Of a DNA stretch of 64,000 nt, positions 38,050-48,375 are shown piece after piece (position 1 is the stretch's first letter; the number at the start of each line of letters is the position of its first letter). The notes below the pieces were generated by a model. The model saw only the letters and a program-made list of their open reading frames with translations. It searched no databases and was not told the DNA's origin. Source of the stretch: Alphaproteobacteria bacterium. Lineage in GTDB: Bacteria; Pseudomonadota; Alphaproteobacteria; JACZXZ01. The stretch is from NCBI GenBank assembly GCA_035294245.1, contig DATGLG010000067.1, forward strand, positions 173,726 to 237,725, read 5' to 3'. The translations under genes were made by a program, and so were the position numbers.

Positions 38050-39387
38050 ATGCAAGCCCAGCAAAGGACCCGCAGCAAAGGGCGATGGTACATCCTGTTC
38101 CTGATCAGCCTGATGTACCTCATCACCTATCTCGACCGGGTGAACATCTCGACGGTGGCGCCGGTCATCAGCAAGGAGTTCGGCTTCGACAAGGTGACGA
38201 TGGGCGTGATCTTCAGCGCCTTCGTCTGGAGCTATGCCCTGTTCCAGGTGCCTGGTGGCTGGCTCGGCGACCGCTTCGGGCCGCGTCGCGTCCTCGCGGC
38301 GATCGTGAGCTATTGGTCGATCCTGACGGCGCTGACCTCGGCGGCGGCCGGAGCGGTCTCCTTCGTCGTGGTGCGGTTCCTCTTCGGCATCGGTGAGGCG
38401 GGCGCCTTTCCCGTGGCGACGCGCTCCATGCAGCTCTGGTATCCGCGGCAGGAGCGCGGGCTCTGCCAGGGCGTTTCCCATAGCGCAAGCCGCCTGGGTG
38501 CAGCGATTGCGCCGCCCGTCGTGGTGCTGATCATGACCACGCTCGGCTGGCAGTGGGTGTTCTATATCTGCGGCGCCGTCGGCATTCTCTGGTCCGTGCT
38601 GTGGTATCTGACCTATCGCAACCTGCCCGAAGAACACGGCCTCGTGAACAAGGCGGAGCTTGCGCATATCCGCGGCGTCGACGACGCCGGCAACATCAAG
38701 CAGGCGGAAATCGAGCGCACGGCCTCGGTGCCCTGGGGCACCCTGCTGCGGTCGCCGAATATGTGGGCGATCATGTGCGCCTATTTCACCTACGTGTACT
38801 GCCTCTGGATCTTCTTGAGCTGGCTGCCCTCCTATCTCGCCGAATACCGACATTTCACGCTGATCAAGGTCGGCGTCCTCGCCTCTCTGCCTCTCTGGGC
38901 CGGGGTGATCGGCGACACTGTCGGCGGCTGGGCCACCGATTGGCTGCTCGTAAAAACGGGCAACACCAAGCTGGCGCGGCGTCTCGTCGCCATCATCGGC
39001 CTGCTCGGCTGCGTCGTCTTCATCGTGCCCGCGGCCATGACCGCGAACGCCTATACGGCCGTGTACTGCCTCACGGCGTCGCTGTTCTTCCTCGAATGCA
39101 CGATCGGACCGTCCTGGGCCGTGCCCATGCATGTGGGCGGGAAGTATTCCGGGACGGTGTCGGGGATGATGAACATGGCGGGCAATATCGGCGGCGCCCT
39201 GTCGCCGGCGGTCTTCGGCGTCCTCGTCCAGTTCGGCTCGTGGCAGGCGCCCTTCATCGTGGCCGCCTGCCTTCTCGTCGCCGGGGCCGGGGTCTGGGCC
39301 TTCTGGCTGGACCCGACGGTATCGGTTCTCGAGAAGGCTGAGGGCCCGAGGCTGGCAACGCCCGCGCCCGCTCGCGGCGGCCGCTGA
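38050..39387 (+). CDS. MFS transporter (anion:cation symporter-like)
   Basis: 445 aa, 12 predicted TM segments. Confidence 0.8.
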   Translation: MQAQQRTRSKGRWYILFLISLMYLITYLDRVNISTVAPVISKEFGFDKVTMGVIFSAFVWSYALFQVPGGWLGDRFGPRRVLAAIVSYWSILTALTSAAAGAVSFVVVRFLFGIGEAGAFPVATRSMQLWYPRQERGLCQGVSHSASRLGAAIAPPVVVLIMTTLGWQWVFYICGAVGILWSVLWYLTYRNLPEEHGLVNKAELAHIRGVDDAGNIKQAEIERTASVPWGTLLRSPNMWAIMCAYFTYVYCLWIFLSWLPSYLAEYRHFTLIKVGVLASLPLWAGVIGDTVGGWATDWLLVKTGNTKLARRLVAIIGLLGCVVFIVPAAMTANAYTAVYCLTASLFFLECTIGPSWAVPMHVGGKYSGTVSGMMNMAGNIGGALSPAVFGVLVQFGSWQAPFIVAACLLVAGAGVWAFWLDPTVSVLEKAEGPRLATPAPARGGR

Positions 39388-39543
39388 GAAAGCGCGGCTG
39401 CGACGGGCACCGGCAACGATCCGGCGATTCGCGGTGGCTCTTTGCTCCAGGGCATGGCGTCATCCCCGCTGCGGCCCTGGATCGCGTCGGCATGGCGGCG
39501 ATTAAGCGCCAACTCAAGGTGCTCGCCGGACTCCGCGAGCCTC

Positions 39544-40266
39544 TTAGGCGGCGGCGACCTTGAGATTGCTCTCGCGGCTGTCGATCAGGCGATCGGGCAT
39601 GCAATGCTGCCGCAAGCGCTCGGGGTCGGTAAGCCGGACATGGTGGCCGCGCACTTCGACGCCGATCTTGCGCAGGGAGGAGAAGGCGCGGGACAGGCTT
39701 TCGGGCGTCATACCCAGGCGGGCGGCAATGAGGCGCTTGTCATGGGGCAGCTCGACGCTGCCATTGGCGCCATTCCCCTCGGCGAGAGCCATGAGATAGC
39801 AGCCGAGCCTCTGGGTCGAGGTCCGCAATTTCAAATCTTTCACCTGGCGCAGCATGTCGCGATATTGCCGCGACAGGGAGCCGAGCATGCAAAGGGACAA
39901 GCGCACGTCGCGGGCGAGCTGCTCGCGCAAGCGCGGCGCCGGGAGCATGAGGATGCGTGCGGGATGGATGATCTTCGCCGAGACCAGATAGGGCGTGTTC
40001 GTCAGCACTGCCGCCGGCATGAACGTGTCGACGGGCTCGACGATCTCGACGACGGTCTCGCGGGCATCCGACGAGGTCCCCGTCATCTGGACGCTGCCAT
40101 CGAGAAGGATGTGGAGAAAATCCGGCAGGTCGCCCTGCCGAAAGAGGATCGTCTGGCTGGGAAACCGCTGCAGGAAGGCGCCGGTGGTTAATTCCTGAAG
40201 GGTCTCCTCGGAGAGGCCGGTGAACAAGGGAACGGTGCGAAGTTGATCGAAGTCTTCTTGTTGCAT
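39544..40266 (-). CDS. Crp/Fnr-family transcriptional regulator
   Basis: cNMP-binding-like N-domain and C-terminal HTH; no N-terminal Cys cluster. Confidence 0.8.
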   Translation of the reverse strand: MQQEDFDQLRTVPLFTGLSEETLQELTTGAFLQRFPSQTILFRQGDLPDFLHILLDGSVQMTGTSSDARETVVEIVEPVDTFMPAAVLTNTPYLVSAKIIHPARILMLPAPRLREQLARDVRLSLCMLGSLSRQYRDMLRQVKDLKLRTSTQRLGCYLMALAEGNGANGSVELPHDKRLIAARLGMTPESLSRAFSSLRKIGVEVRGHHVRLTDPERLRQHCMPDRLIDSRESNLKVAAA

Positions 40267-40498
40267 GGCGAGTCCTCCTTATCGCTGCTCCCGCAGACCG
40301 GCCATTCCGCCGGCGGGCGGGCAATTTCTCGCCCCTCGCTTCGCGCTCGGACCTGTCCCCCAACCCCAATGGCCTCACGAGAGGCCAAGCCGGACAGATC
40401 GTCAAGTGGTATGTAATATATAAGCAAGAGCCGATCAACAATAGTCAATCGGGCCGGAGGGCCCGATCTCGGCGGGATGGAGGTCCGCTCGGCGGATG

Positions 40499-40822
40499 TC
40501 AGTTCGTGACGAGCTTCCTCGGCGTGTAGCGGCCGTTCTCGATGCCGGCGAAGAGCTCCTTGACCCGAGGATGGGAAATCGGCCGGCCGCTTTCGTCGGG
40601 CAGCAGGTTCTGCTCCGAGACATAGGCGACATAGGTCGTCTCGGCATTCTCGGCGAGGAGATGATAGAAGGGCTGGTCGCGATGGGGACGGACATTCTCC
40701 GGGATCGACATCAGCCATTCCTCGGTATTCGAGAAAATCGGATCGACATCGAAGATGACCCCCCGGAACGGGTGGATACGATGGCGGACAAGCTGTCCGA
40801 TTTGGAATTTCGCGGTTCTCAT
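40499..40822 (-). CDS. hspQ: Heat shock protein HspQ (YccV-like hemimethylated-DNA-binding domain)
   Basis: 107 aa MRTAKFQIGQLVRHRIHPFRGVIFDVDP..., characteristic HspQ N-terminus. Hairpin atcgggcc-ggag-ggcccgat at 40439..40460 downstream. Confidence 0.75.
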   Translation of the reverse strand: MRTAKFQIGQLVRHRIHPFRGVIFDVDPIFSNTEEWLMSIPENVRPHRDQPFYHLLAENAETTYVAYVSEQNLLPDESGRPISHPRVKELFAGIENGRYTPRKLVTN

Positions 40823-40870
40823 CTCGTTAACGCTCTCGCTTGAGCCGGTGGCACGTCTAGCCTCGGCGGA

Positions 40871-40888
40871 CTGTCACGCCACTGTAAC
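40871..40888 (+). promoter_or_regulatory. Candidate PHO box (CTGTCAC-gcca-CTGTAAC), ~150 bp upstream of pstC
   Basis: Two 7-bp direct repeats with 4-bp spacer matching alphaproteobacterial PhoB consensus CTGTCAT-N4-CTGTCAT (6/7 and 5/7). Confidence 0.45.
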
Positions 40889-41040
40889 AGAAGCGGCCTA
40901 ACATCCTCTCCGCCCGCCGGCCGTTCCGGTCGCCTCGAGGAAATTCTAGGCGACGGTGCGACGGTTGTGCAATGCGGCCGGCGGCGCGATCCGGATATGG
41001 CGCGACGGCGCGAGGCGGAATTCCGGGACAGTAGGGTGGG

Positions 41041-42027
41041 ATGGGGATCGCGAATGCATCGACGGGGCCGCGCGCGCCGGGAAGCGGGGTAAGGGCATTC
41101 CGCGCCGGTAAGCTCGGCGATGCGGTCTTCCACGCCCTGACCTTCGCCTTCGCCCTGCTCGTCCTTCTCGTGCTCGCCGCCATCATCGCAGCGCTGGCGC
41201 AGGGCGGGTGGCCGGCGCTGAGCAAGCTCAAGCTCGGCTTCTTCGTCAGCGCGACGTGGAATCCCGTCACCGAGACGTTCGGCGCGCTTGCGCCCATCTA
41301 CGGCACCATCGTCACCTCCGTCATTGCCCTCCTTTTCGGGGTGCCGGTCAGCCTCGGCATCGTCATCGTGCTTACGGAGCTGGCGCCGGTCTGGCTGCGC
41401 CGGCCGATCGGCACCGCCGTCGAGCTCCTGGCCGCCATCCCGAGCATCATTTACGGGATGTGGGGCCTCTTCGTCTTCGTGCCCTTCTACAAGGCCTATA
41501 TCCAGCCGGCGCTCGGCTCGACGCTCGGCAAGGTGCCGGTGCTCGGGGCGCTCTTCTCCGGCCCGCCCTTCGGCGTCGGCCTGCTGACGGCGGGCCTCAT
41601 CCTCGCCGTCATGATCCTGCCCTTCATCGCCGCGGTGATGCGCGACGTCTTCGCGACTGTGCCGCCGATGCTCCGCGAATCCGCCTATGGGCTCGGTGCC
41701 ACCACTTGGGAGGTGGTATGGAACGTGGTGCTCCCCTATACCCGGACCAGCGTGGTTGGTGCCGTCATGCTCGGGCTCGGGCGCGCTCTCGGCGAGACCA
41801 TGGCCGTCACCTTCGTCGTCGGCAACGCCCACGACATCAGCGCCTCGCTCTTTCTGCCCGGGGCCACGATCTCCTCGACGATCGCGAACGAGTTCACCGA
41901 GGCGGTCGGGAATATCTATTCCTCCTCGCTCATTGCCCTCGGCCTCACCCTGTTCGTGATCACCTTCGGCGTGCTGATCGCGGCCAAGCTGATGCTGCGC
42001 CGCCTCGCCGGCAGGGTGCCGGGCTAG
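41041..42027 (+). CDS. pstC: Phosphate ABC transporter permease PstC
   Basis: 328 aa; PstC family conserved core. Confidence 0.85.
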   Translation: MGIANASTGPRAPGSGVRAFRAGKLGDAVFHALTFAFALLVLLVLAAIIAALAQGGWPALSKLKLGFFVSATWNPVTETFGALAPIYGTIVTSVIALLFGVPVSLGIVIVLTELAPVWLRRPIGTAVELLAAIPSIIYGMWGLFVFVPFYKAYIQPALGSTLGKVPVLGALFSGPPFGVGLLTAGLILAVMILPFIAAVMRDVFATVPPMLRESAYGLGATTWEVVWNVVLPYTRTSVVGAVMLGLGRALGETMAVTFVVGNAHDISASLFLPGATISSTIANEFTEAVGNIYSSSLIALGLTLFVITFGVLIAAKLMLRRLAGRVPG

Positions 42028-42029
42028 CC

Positions 42030-42878
42030 ATGTCGCGCTCCCTTTACCGCCGGCGCCGCGCCGTCAACCTCGTGCACATGACCGCCTCGGTGCTGGTGAC
42101 GGCGCTCGGCATCTTCGTACTCGCCTCGATCCTCTGGACCTTGCTCGAGCTCGGCCTCGCGGGCTTGACCCCGCGCATCTTCACGGCGATGACGCCGCCA
42201 CCCGGCAGCCCCGGCGGACTCCTCAATGCGATTGTCGGGAGCGTGATTCTGACCGTCCTCGGCATCGGTATCGGCGCCCCCGTGGGCGTGCTGGCCGGCA
42301 CCTATCTCGCCGAGTATGGCAAGACCGGCAAGATCGCCGAGGCGACGCGGTTCATCAATGACATCCTGCTGTCCGCCCCGTCGATCCTGATCGGGCTCTT
42401 CATCTACCAGGTCGCGGTGCTGCCGAGCAGCCACTTCTCGGCCTGGGCCGGGGCACTCGCGCTGGCGCTCATCGCCATCCCCGTCGTCCTGCGCACCACG
42501 GAGGACATGCTTCGCCTGGTCCCCAACGATCTGCGCGAAGCCGCGGCGGCACTCGGGGCACCCCGTTGGAAGGTTGTCGTGCTCGTGTGCTACCGCTCCG
42601 CCCGCGCCGGCATCCTGACCGGCATCCTGCTCGCGGTCGCGCGCATCGCCGGGGAGACGGCGCCGCTCCTCTTCACCGTGCTCAACAATCAGTTCTGGTC
42701 GGCGGATGTGAACGCGCCGATGGCCAATCTTCCCGTCGTCATCTTTCAATTTGCGCTCAGCCCCTACGAGGATTGGCAGCGGCTGGCCTGGACCGGCGCT
42801 CTGCTCGTGACCGCGAGCATTCTCGGCCTCAACCTCGCGGCGCGCTACGTGCTTGGCAAACGCGAGAAGCGTCCTTAG
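42030..42878 (+). CDS. pstA: Phosphate ABC transporter permease PstA
   Basis: Start [23 protein letters not shown] (ATG 42030) inside the merged 556-aa ORF; PstA family. Confidence 0.85.
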   Translation: MSRSLYRRRRAVNLVHMTASVLVTALGIFVLASILWTLLELGLAGLTPRIFTAMTPPPGSPGGLLNAIVGSVILTVLGIGIGAPVGVLAGTYLAEYGKTGKIAEATRFINDILLSAPSILIGLFIYQVAVLPSSHFSAWAGALALALIAIPVVLRTTEDMLRLVPNDLREAAAALGAPRWKVVVLVCYRSARAGILTGILLAVARIAGETAPLLFTVLNNQFWSADVNAPMANLPVVIFQFALSPYEDWQRLAWTGALLVTASILGLNLAARYVLGKREKRP

Positions 42879-43748
42879 ATGGAGCAGCAGATGCTCAACG
42901 GCATATCGCCCCATGCGACCGCGACCGGGGAGAGGGCTCGATTGCACGCACCGGCATTCCTGGCAAGCGAGGTCGACGCGGAGGTGAAAGCGCCGGTGCC
43001 GAAGATCGAGATTCGCGAGCTGAAATTCTATTACGGCGCGACGCTCGCTCTGAAGTCGATCAGCATGGCGATTTACGAGCGGCGGGTAACGGCGCTGATC
43101 GGCCCCTCCGGTTGCGGCAAGTCCACGCTGCTGCGCACGCTCAATCGTATCTACGAGCTCTACCCCCATATGCGCGCCGAGGGCGAGGTGATCCTCGACG
43201 GCGAGAACATCCTGTCTTCGGGCGTCGACCTGAACCAGTTGCGGGCGCGCGTCGGCATGGTGTTCCAGAGGCCGACGCCGTTTCCGATGTCGATCTACGA
43301 CAACATCGCCTTCGGCATCCGCCTCTACGAGCGCCCCTCCGCCGTGGAAATGGACGAGCGGGTCGAGGCGGCGCTCACCAAGGCCGCACTTTGGGGCGAG
43401 GTGAAGGACAAGCTGCGGGCGAGCGGGTTGAGCCTTTCGGGCGGCCAGCAGCAGCGGCTTTGCATCGCGCGGGCGATCGCCCTCAACCCCGAGGTGCTCC
43501 TGCTCGACGAGCCGGCATCGGCGCTCGACCCCGTCTCCACCCAGAAGATCGAGGAGCTGATCAAGGAGCTGCGCGACGACTACACGGTGCTGATCGTGAC
43601 CCACAATCTCCAGCAGGCGGCGCGCGTCTCCGATTACACGGCTCTCATGTATCTCGGCGAGTTGATCGAGTTCGGGGATACGGAGACCATCTTCACCCGG
43701 CCCACCAAGAAACAGACGGAAGACTACGTCACCGGCCGCTTCGGCTGA
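42879..43748 (+). CDS. pstB: Phosphate ABC transporter ATP-binding protein PstB
   Basis: Walker [10 protein letters not shown]; PstB family. Confidence 0.9.
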   Translation: MEQQMLNGISPHATATGERARLHAPAFLASEVDAEVKAPVPKIEIRELKFYYGATLALKSISMAIYERRVTALIGPSGCGKSTLLRTLNRIYELYPHMRAEGEVILDGENILSSGVDLNQLRARVGMVFQRPTPFPMSIYDNIAFGIRLYERPSAVEMDERVEAALTKAALWGEVKDKLRASGLSLSGGQQQRLCIARAIALNPEVLLLDEPASALDPVSTQKIEELIKELRDDYTVLIVTHNLQQAARVSDYTALMYLGELIEFGDTETIFTRPTKKQTEDYVTGRFG

Positions 43749-43785
43749 GCGCGGCGCGGCGGCCGCGAATCGTTGGAGATTTCTC

Positions 43786-44394
43786 TCAAGCGGGCCGGCG
43801 CCGGGCCATGCGCCTGAGGCGCCACCCGGTCAGCGCCGCGAAGGCCGGGGCGCCAATGCCGGCCCCGATCAGAAGCGGCAGGAGCCCGTGCAGCCAGGCG
43901 ATCGGGCCAAAAAGATAAAGGAGATCGTCGAAGTCGAAGCCGGCGAGGCCTTCATAGGCCCGGCGCCCTGTCCCGTCGCGGCGCTCGAGCTGCTCCGAGA
44001 GAATCGAGGCCAGCGCTATGCTGCCCCCCGCCAGGATCCCGATGGGAATGGTGGCGCCGTCGAGGGGATAGCGGTCGGCAAGGCCGATGGCGATGGCGAC
44101 GAAGAACAGCGAGTTCGCCGCCAGGTCGGCCATGTAGTCGAAAAGATGGCCGGCGGCGCTCGAGAGCCCGCCGAGGCGCGCGAGCTCCCCGTCGGCGCGA
44201 TCGAGGAGGGCCGAGAGCGTCCATAGCAGGCCGCCCCAGATGTCCCAGCGATATTCGCCCATGGCGAAGGCGGCGCAGGCGGCGAGGGCGGTGATCAGGC
44301 GGAGCGTGGTCAAGTGATTGGGTGTCACCGGCGAGCCGATCAGCGGTCGCACGAGTGGCCGCATCAGGCGATGGGACCAGGAGGCGTTCGACAT
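43786..44394 (-). CDS. CDP-alcohol phosphatidyltransferase family protein
   Basis: 202 aa membrane protein; signature D-x2-D-G-x2-AR in ALLDRADGELARLGG. Confidence 0.7.
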   Translation of the reverse strand: MSNASWSHRLMRPLVRPLIGSPVTPNHLTTLRLITALAACAAFAMGEYRWDIWGGLLWTLSALLDRADGELARLGGLSSAAGHLFDYMADLAANSLFFVAIAIGLADRYPLDGATIPIGILAGGSIALASILSEQLERRDGTGRRAYEGLAGFDFDDLLYLFGPIAWLHGLLPLLIGAGIGAPAFAALTGWRLRRMARRRPA

Positions 44395-44434
44395 GGAACC
44401 GGGTTCCTCCTCACCGCCGCCGGCCTGACCGGCG

Positions 44435-45427
44435 CTAATCCCGAGACGGATTCGGACGGGCGCGTGGGCGGAAAATGCGCCGCCCCTCGGCGATCTGCCA
44501 GGCCGCCACCGCCGGCACGCTGGTCGCGAGCTCGCGCAGCCGCTTGGCGAGAGAGAGCGCGAGGGCCGCCCCCGGCGGAACCCCCAGCATCGTGCCGAAT
44601 AGCAGGAAGCCGCCCTCCTGGATCCCGATGGCGCCCGGCACGGCGAAGCCGGCGCTACGCGCCGCTTGGCCGAGGCTCTCGAGGATGAGGGCCTCCTTCA
44701 AGCCGACCCCGGCATTCATGAAATGTAGGAGAAGCCAGACCTCGCCGGCACCGAGGGACCAGGAGAGGAAATGCCAGGCGGCGCTGGTCACCAGGGCGCG
44801 CGGACGCCGATGGATCGACTGGATGGCGTCGTGGAGTCCCTTGATGCCCTCGAGGGACAGCCATCCGGCTTTCTTCACCAGGCGGTCGAGCATGTGCTCG
44901 ACCAGCTTGAAGAGCCCGAAGCGCTGCGCCAAGAGGAAGCCCCCGACAGCGATGAGTGCCGCGACGATTCCCGTCACGAGATCGACGACGTGCCCGCCTT
45001 GCGCCCCCGCCTGCACCAGCAGCGTGACGCCCACGATGGTGAAGAGGACCTGGGTGATGATTTGCGCGGTAATGTCGACGACGACGCTCGCCCCCGCCAC
45101 GTCGCCGCGCACGCCGTGGAAGGAGAGAAGCCGCGCCCCGATGATCTCGCCCCCGATATGGGCAAGCGGCAAGAGCGTATTGGTGCCCTCGCGAATCCAG
45201 CGAATTTTCACGAGCGAGAGGAGCGAGCGCTGCCACTTCCGCCCGATGAGCGGCCGCCAGCCAAGGGACGAGCATAGGAGCTGCGCGATATGCAGGCCGA
45301 AGACGGGGGCGAAGCCCCATTCGATGACGGCGAGCGCATCGAGAACGTCGCCGGCGCCCTGATAAAGCACGAGAGCCGCCGCGAGGGCGCAGCCGGCCAG
45401 CATGGCGAGGCAAAGGCCGAGCTTCAT
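44435..45427 (-). CDS. Lysylphosphatidylglycerol-synthase-TM / flippase-like (UPF0104) membrane protein, probable hopanoid-associated HpnL
   Basis: 330-aa polytopic membrane protein immediately downstream of hpnJ in same orientation; family assignment by eye. Confidence 0.55.
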   Translation of the reverse strand: MKLGLCLAMLAGCALAAALVLYQGAGDVLDALAVIEWGFAPVFGLHIAQLLCSSLGWRPLIGRKWQRSLLSLVKIRWIREGTNTLLPLAHIGGEIIGARLLSFHGVRGDVAGASVVVDITAQIITQVLFTIVGVTLLVQAGAQGGHVVDLVTGIVAALIAVGGFLLAQRFGLFKLVEHMLDRLVKKAGWLSLEGIKGLHDAIQSIHRRPRALVTSAAWHFLSWSLGAGEVWLLLHFMNAGVGLKEALILESLGQAARSAGFAVPGAIGIQEGGFLLFGTMLGVPPGAALALSLAKRLRELATSVPAVAAWQIAEGRRIFRPRARPNPSRD

Positions 45428-45484
45428 TGGCCTGCCCGCGCCACGGCCGCGGCGCCCCCCGGCGCTCGGCGGCTCGGATGGAGG

Positions 45485-46906
45485 TTAAGCGTGGTTTTCA
45501 CGCTGGCGCAGGAAATGGAAGAACTCGACGCCTTCCCTCAGGCGGCGCTTCATCATCTCGGAGCTCTTCACCATCTCCCAGGTGAGCTCCGCGATCTTGC
45601 TCGGACGGAAATAGAAGCGCTTATAGAAGACCTTGAGGGCCTCGAAGATTTCCTCGTTGGAGAGGTGGGGGTATTGCAGCGAGGAAATCTGGAATCCATC
45701 GCCCGCGACCAGGCTGTCGCTGTTCTCGTGCAGCCAACCCTTCATCACGGCCTCGCGATAGAGCTCGGTTCCCGGATAGGGGGCCGCGAGCGAGACCTGG
45801 ATGGTGTGGGGATTGACCTGCTGAGCGAAGCGGATCGTCTCCTCGATCGTCTCCTTCGTCTCGCCGGGCAGCCCCACGATGAAGGTGCCGTGGATGGTGA
45901 TGCCGAGCTTGCGGCAATCCTCGGAGAATTTGCGCGCAACCTCGATGCGCATGCCCTTCTTGATGTTGTGGAGGATTTGCTGGTTGCCCGACTCATAGCC
46001 GACGAGAAGGAGACGCAGGCCGTTCTCGCGCAGCACCTTGAGCGTCTCATAGGGCACGTTCGCCTTGGCGTTGCAGGACCAGGTCACGCCGAGCCTGCCG
46101 AGGCCGCGGGCAATCTCCTCGGCGCGGGGCCGATCATCAGTAAAGGTGTCGTCGTCGAAGAAGAATTCCTTCACCTGGGGGAAGTAGCGCTTGGCCAGCG
46201 CGATCTCGTCGATCACGTTCCTGGCGCTGCGCGTGCGATAGCGATGGCCGCCAATGGTCTGCGGCCACAGGCAGAAGGTGCAGCGCGACTTGCAGCCGCG
46301 TCCGGTATAGAGCGAGAGATAAGGATGCTGCAGATAGCCGATGAAGTAGTCCTCGATCACGAGGTCGCGCTTATAGACCTCGGTGACCCAGGGAAGCACG
46401 TCCATGTTCTCGATGATGGCGCGCTCCGGATTGTGCACGGCCTGGCCATCCTTGCGATAGCTGATGCCGTCGACCTCCGCGAAGGGCCGCCCCTCGGCGA
46501 TCTCCTTGATCGTGAAGTCAAATTCGGTCCGCGCCACGAAGTCGATCGCCTCCGAGGCCATAAGCGAGGGCTCGGGCGAGACGGCGACATGGGCGCCGAC
46601 GAGGCCGATCATCAGCTTGGGGTTCGCGCGCTTGAACGCCTCCGCCACCTTCACGTCGGAATGGAAGGAGGGCGTGCTCGTGTGCATGACGAGGAGCTCG
46701 TAATCTCCGGCCAGCGCCACGGTATCCTCGACGCTCAAGCCGCGGGCCGGCGCGTCGATCAGCTTGCTGCCGGGGACGAGCGCCGCCGGCTGGGCGAGCC
46801 AGGTGGGGTACCAGAAGGAGCGGATCTCGCGCTTGGCCTGGTAACGGGAGCCGGCGCCGCCGTCGAAGCCCTCATAGGATGGAGGATTGAGAAACAGGGT
46901 CTTCAT
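45485..46906 (-). CDS. hpnJ: Hopanoid biosynthesis-associated radical SAM protein HpnJ (B12-binding plus radical SAM)
   Basis: Start MKTLFLNPPSYEGFDGGAGSRYQAKREI (ATG rc at 46906); radical SAM CxxxCxxC in GRGCKSRCTFC. The 722-aa ORF is an over-extension. Confidence 0.8.
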   Translation of the reverse strand: MKTLFLNPPSYEGFDGGAGSRYQAKREIRSFWYPTWLAQPAALVPGSKLIDAPARGLSVEDTVALAGDYELLVMHTSTPSFHSDVKVAEAFKRANPKLMIGLVGAHVAVSPEPSLMASEAIDFVARTEFDFTIKEIAEGRPFAEVDGISYRKDGQAVHNPERAIIENMDVLPWVTEVYKRDLVIEDYFIGYLQHPYLSLYTGRGCKSRCTFCLWPQTIGGHRYRTRSARNVIDEIALAKRYFPQVKEFFFDDDTFTDDRPRAEEIARGLGRLGVTWSCNAKANVPYETLKVLRENGLRLLLVGYESGNQQILHNIKKGMRIEVARKFSEDCRKLGITIHGTFIVGLPGETKETIEETIRFAQQVNPHTIQVSLAAPYPGTELYREAVMKGWLHENSDSLVAGDGFQISSLQYPHLSNEEIFEALKVFYKRFYFRPSKIAELTWEMVKSSEMMKRRLREGVEFFHFLRQRENHA

Positions 46907-48057
46907 TCCGGCACCTCGGCGCCCCTCATGTTGACAACCATCTGCCCGTCCGTTTGAACCGAGAATTTCTGCGCGCGCCATTCCACCCTGCGTCCGATGA
47001 AGCTGGCGGCACGAATGGTGAACGTGATCAGGTCCCGCAACGGCACAAGCCACGGCCGCAGCAGACCCGGCCCTCCCAAGGTGGTATGGGCAACCCAATG
47101 CATCACGCCGCGCAACAGCACCGCGCCCCCGACAAGCGCCACGGCGCTTGCCCGGAAGCCGGTCGCGGCGGCCAATAAGATCGACAGCGGAAATGAATCC
47201 GTCAAGAAGCTGAAAGCATAGCCGAGCGGCCGCACCGTGCGCATCGTGCGAGCCCAGCGGAGCTCGTGGCGAAACAGCATCTTGAGATTGGGCTCCTCGA
47301 TGCTGAGCTCGACGATGTGCCGCGCCAGCGCCACCTTGTATCCCTGCGCCGCCACCAGCCGGCCGAGCATGTGATCGTCGGCAAGATAGGAAGCCAGCGC
47401 CTCGATGCCGCCGATCGCATTGAGAGCGCGGCGGCGCACCGCCATGGTGGCGCCGAAGCAGTATTCCAGGGGCTCGGAGATGAGCGCCACGAGCACCGAG
47501 GGCAGGAACCACTCGTTGATGAACATGGCGCCGAGCCGGCTCGCAAGCTGGGGGCGCGCGGGCGTGCCGCGATAGAGGCAGGTCGCCGCCCCTACTGCGG
47601 GATCGGTAAAGGCTGCGGCGAGGTCGGCGAGATATCCGGGGCCGACGCGACAATCCGCATCCGCGATCACCAGGATGTCGTGGCGTGCCTGCTTCAGCAT
47701 GTTGGCGACGTTGGAGATCTTGTAATTGCTGCCGATTACGCGGGGATCGATCACGAGCGCGGGCTCGCGCTCGGGGAATTCCGCAATCAGGCGCCGGATC
47801 ACGGGAATGGCCGGATCGCTCGCGTCCCGCACGCCGAAGAGGATCTGGAAGGCGGGGTAGTCCTGGGCGCAGAACGAGCGCAAATCCTCATAAAGCCGCG
47901 GCTCGAGGCCGCAGACCGGCTTGAGCACCGTGATCGGCGGCAGCTCCTGAGCGCGGGCCGCAGGCCGACGCTTTAGACCGGCGACGCGCAGGACCGCGAG
48001 AATCGTATAGCCCAGCGAGGCCACGATGATTGCATAGCCAGCAATCGTCAGCAGCAT
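46903..48057 (-). CDS. hpnI: Hopanoid-associated GT2 glycosyltransferase HpnI
   Basis: Start MLLTIAGYAIIVASLGYTILAV (ATG rc at 48057); VLKPVCG and DADC motifs; ATGA overlap with hpnJ. Confidence 0.75.
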   Translation of the reverse strand: MLLTIAGYAIIVASLGYTILAVLRVAGLKRRPAARAQELPPITVLKPVCGLEPRLYEDLRSFCAQDYPAFQILFGVRDASDPAIPVIRRLIAEFPEREPALVIDPRVIGSNYKISNVANMLKQARHDILVIADADCRVGPGYLADLAAAFTDPAVGAATCLYRGTPARPQLASRLGAMFINEWFLPSVLVALISEPLEYCFGATMAVRRRALNAIGGIEALASYLADDHMLGRLVAAQGYKVALARHIVELSIEEPNLKMLFRHELRWARTMRTVRPLGYAFSFLTDSFPLSILLAAATGFRASAVALVGGAVLLRGVMHWVAHTTLGGPGLLRPWLVPLRDLITFTIRAASFIGRRVEWRAQKFSVQTDGQMVVNMRGAEVPE

Positions 48058-48375
48058 GAGGGCTATGTGCGGCACGCTGGCGCTCTCCTTGGCCGCTTGG
48101 GTTGACAATTGCCAGGCCGTCGCGCCGGCGCAAGGGACGCATCTCCCGCGCTGCGGAAGGGGCCACATCGCGCGGGTGACCGACAACCGGAGCCTTTTAC
48201 CCGGCTTCCTTGGCAACGGAAAGAAAATCTTTGTCGCGTAACCATTTGGTAAGCGTTTCGCTGCGCCCCCTGTTAACGCGTCGCCGGCCGATGGCCATCC
48301 GCGCCACCGCATTGGCAAGACGGTCACCATCGGCGAGATTGATGCCCTCCCCAATGGAGGCCCTCATGACCATAT

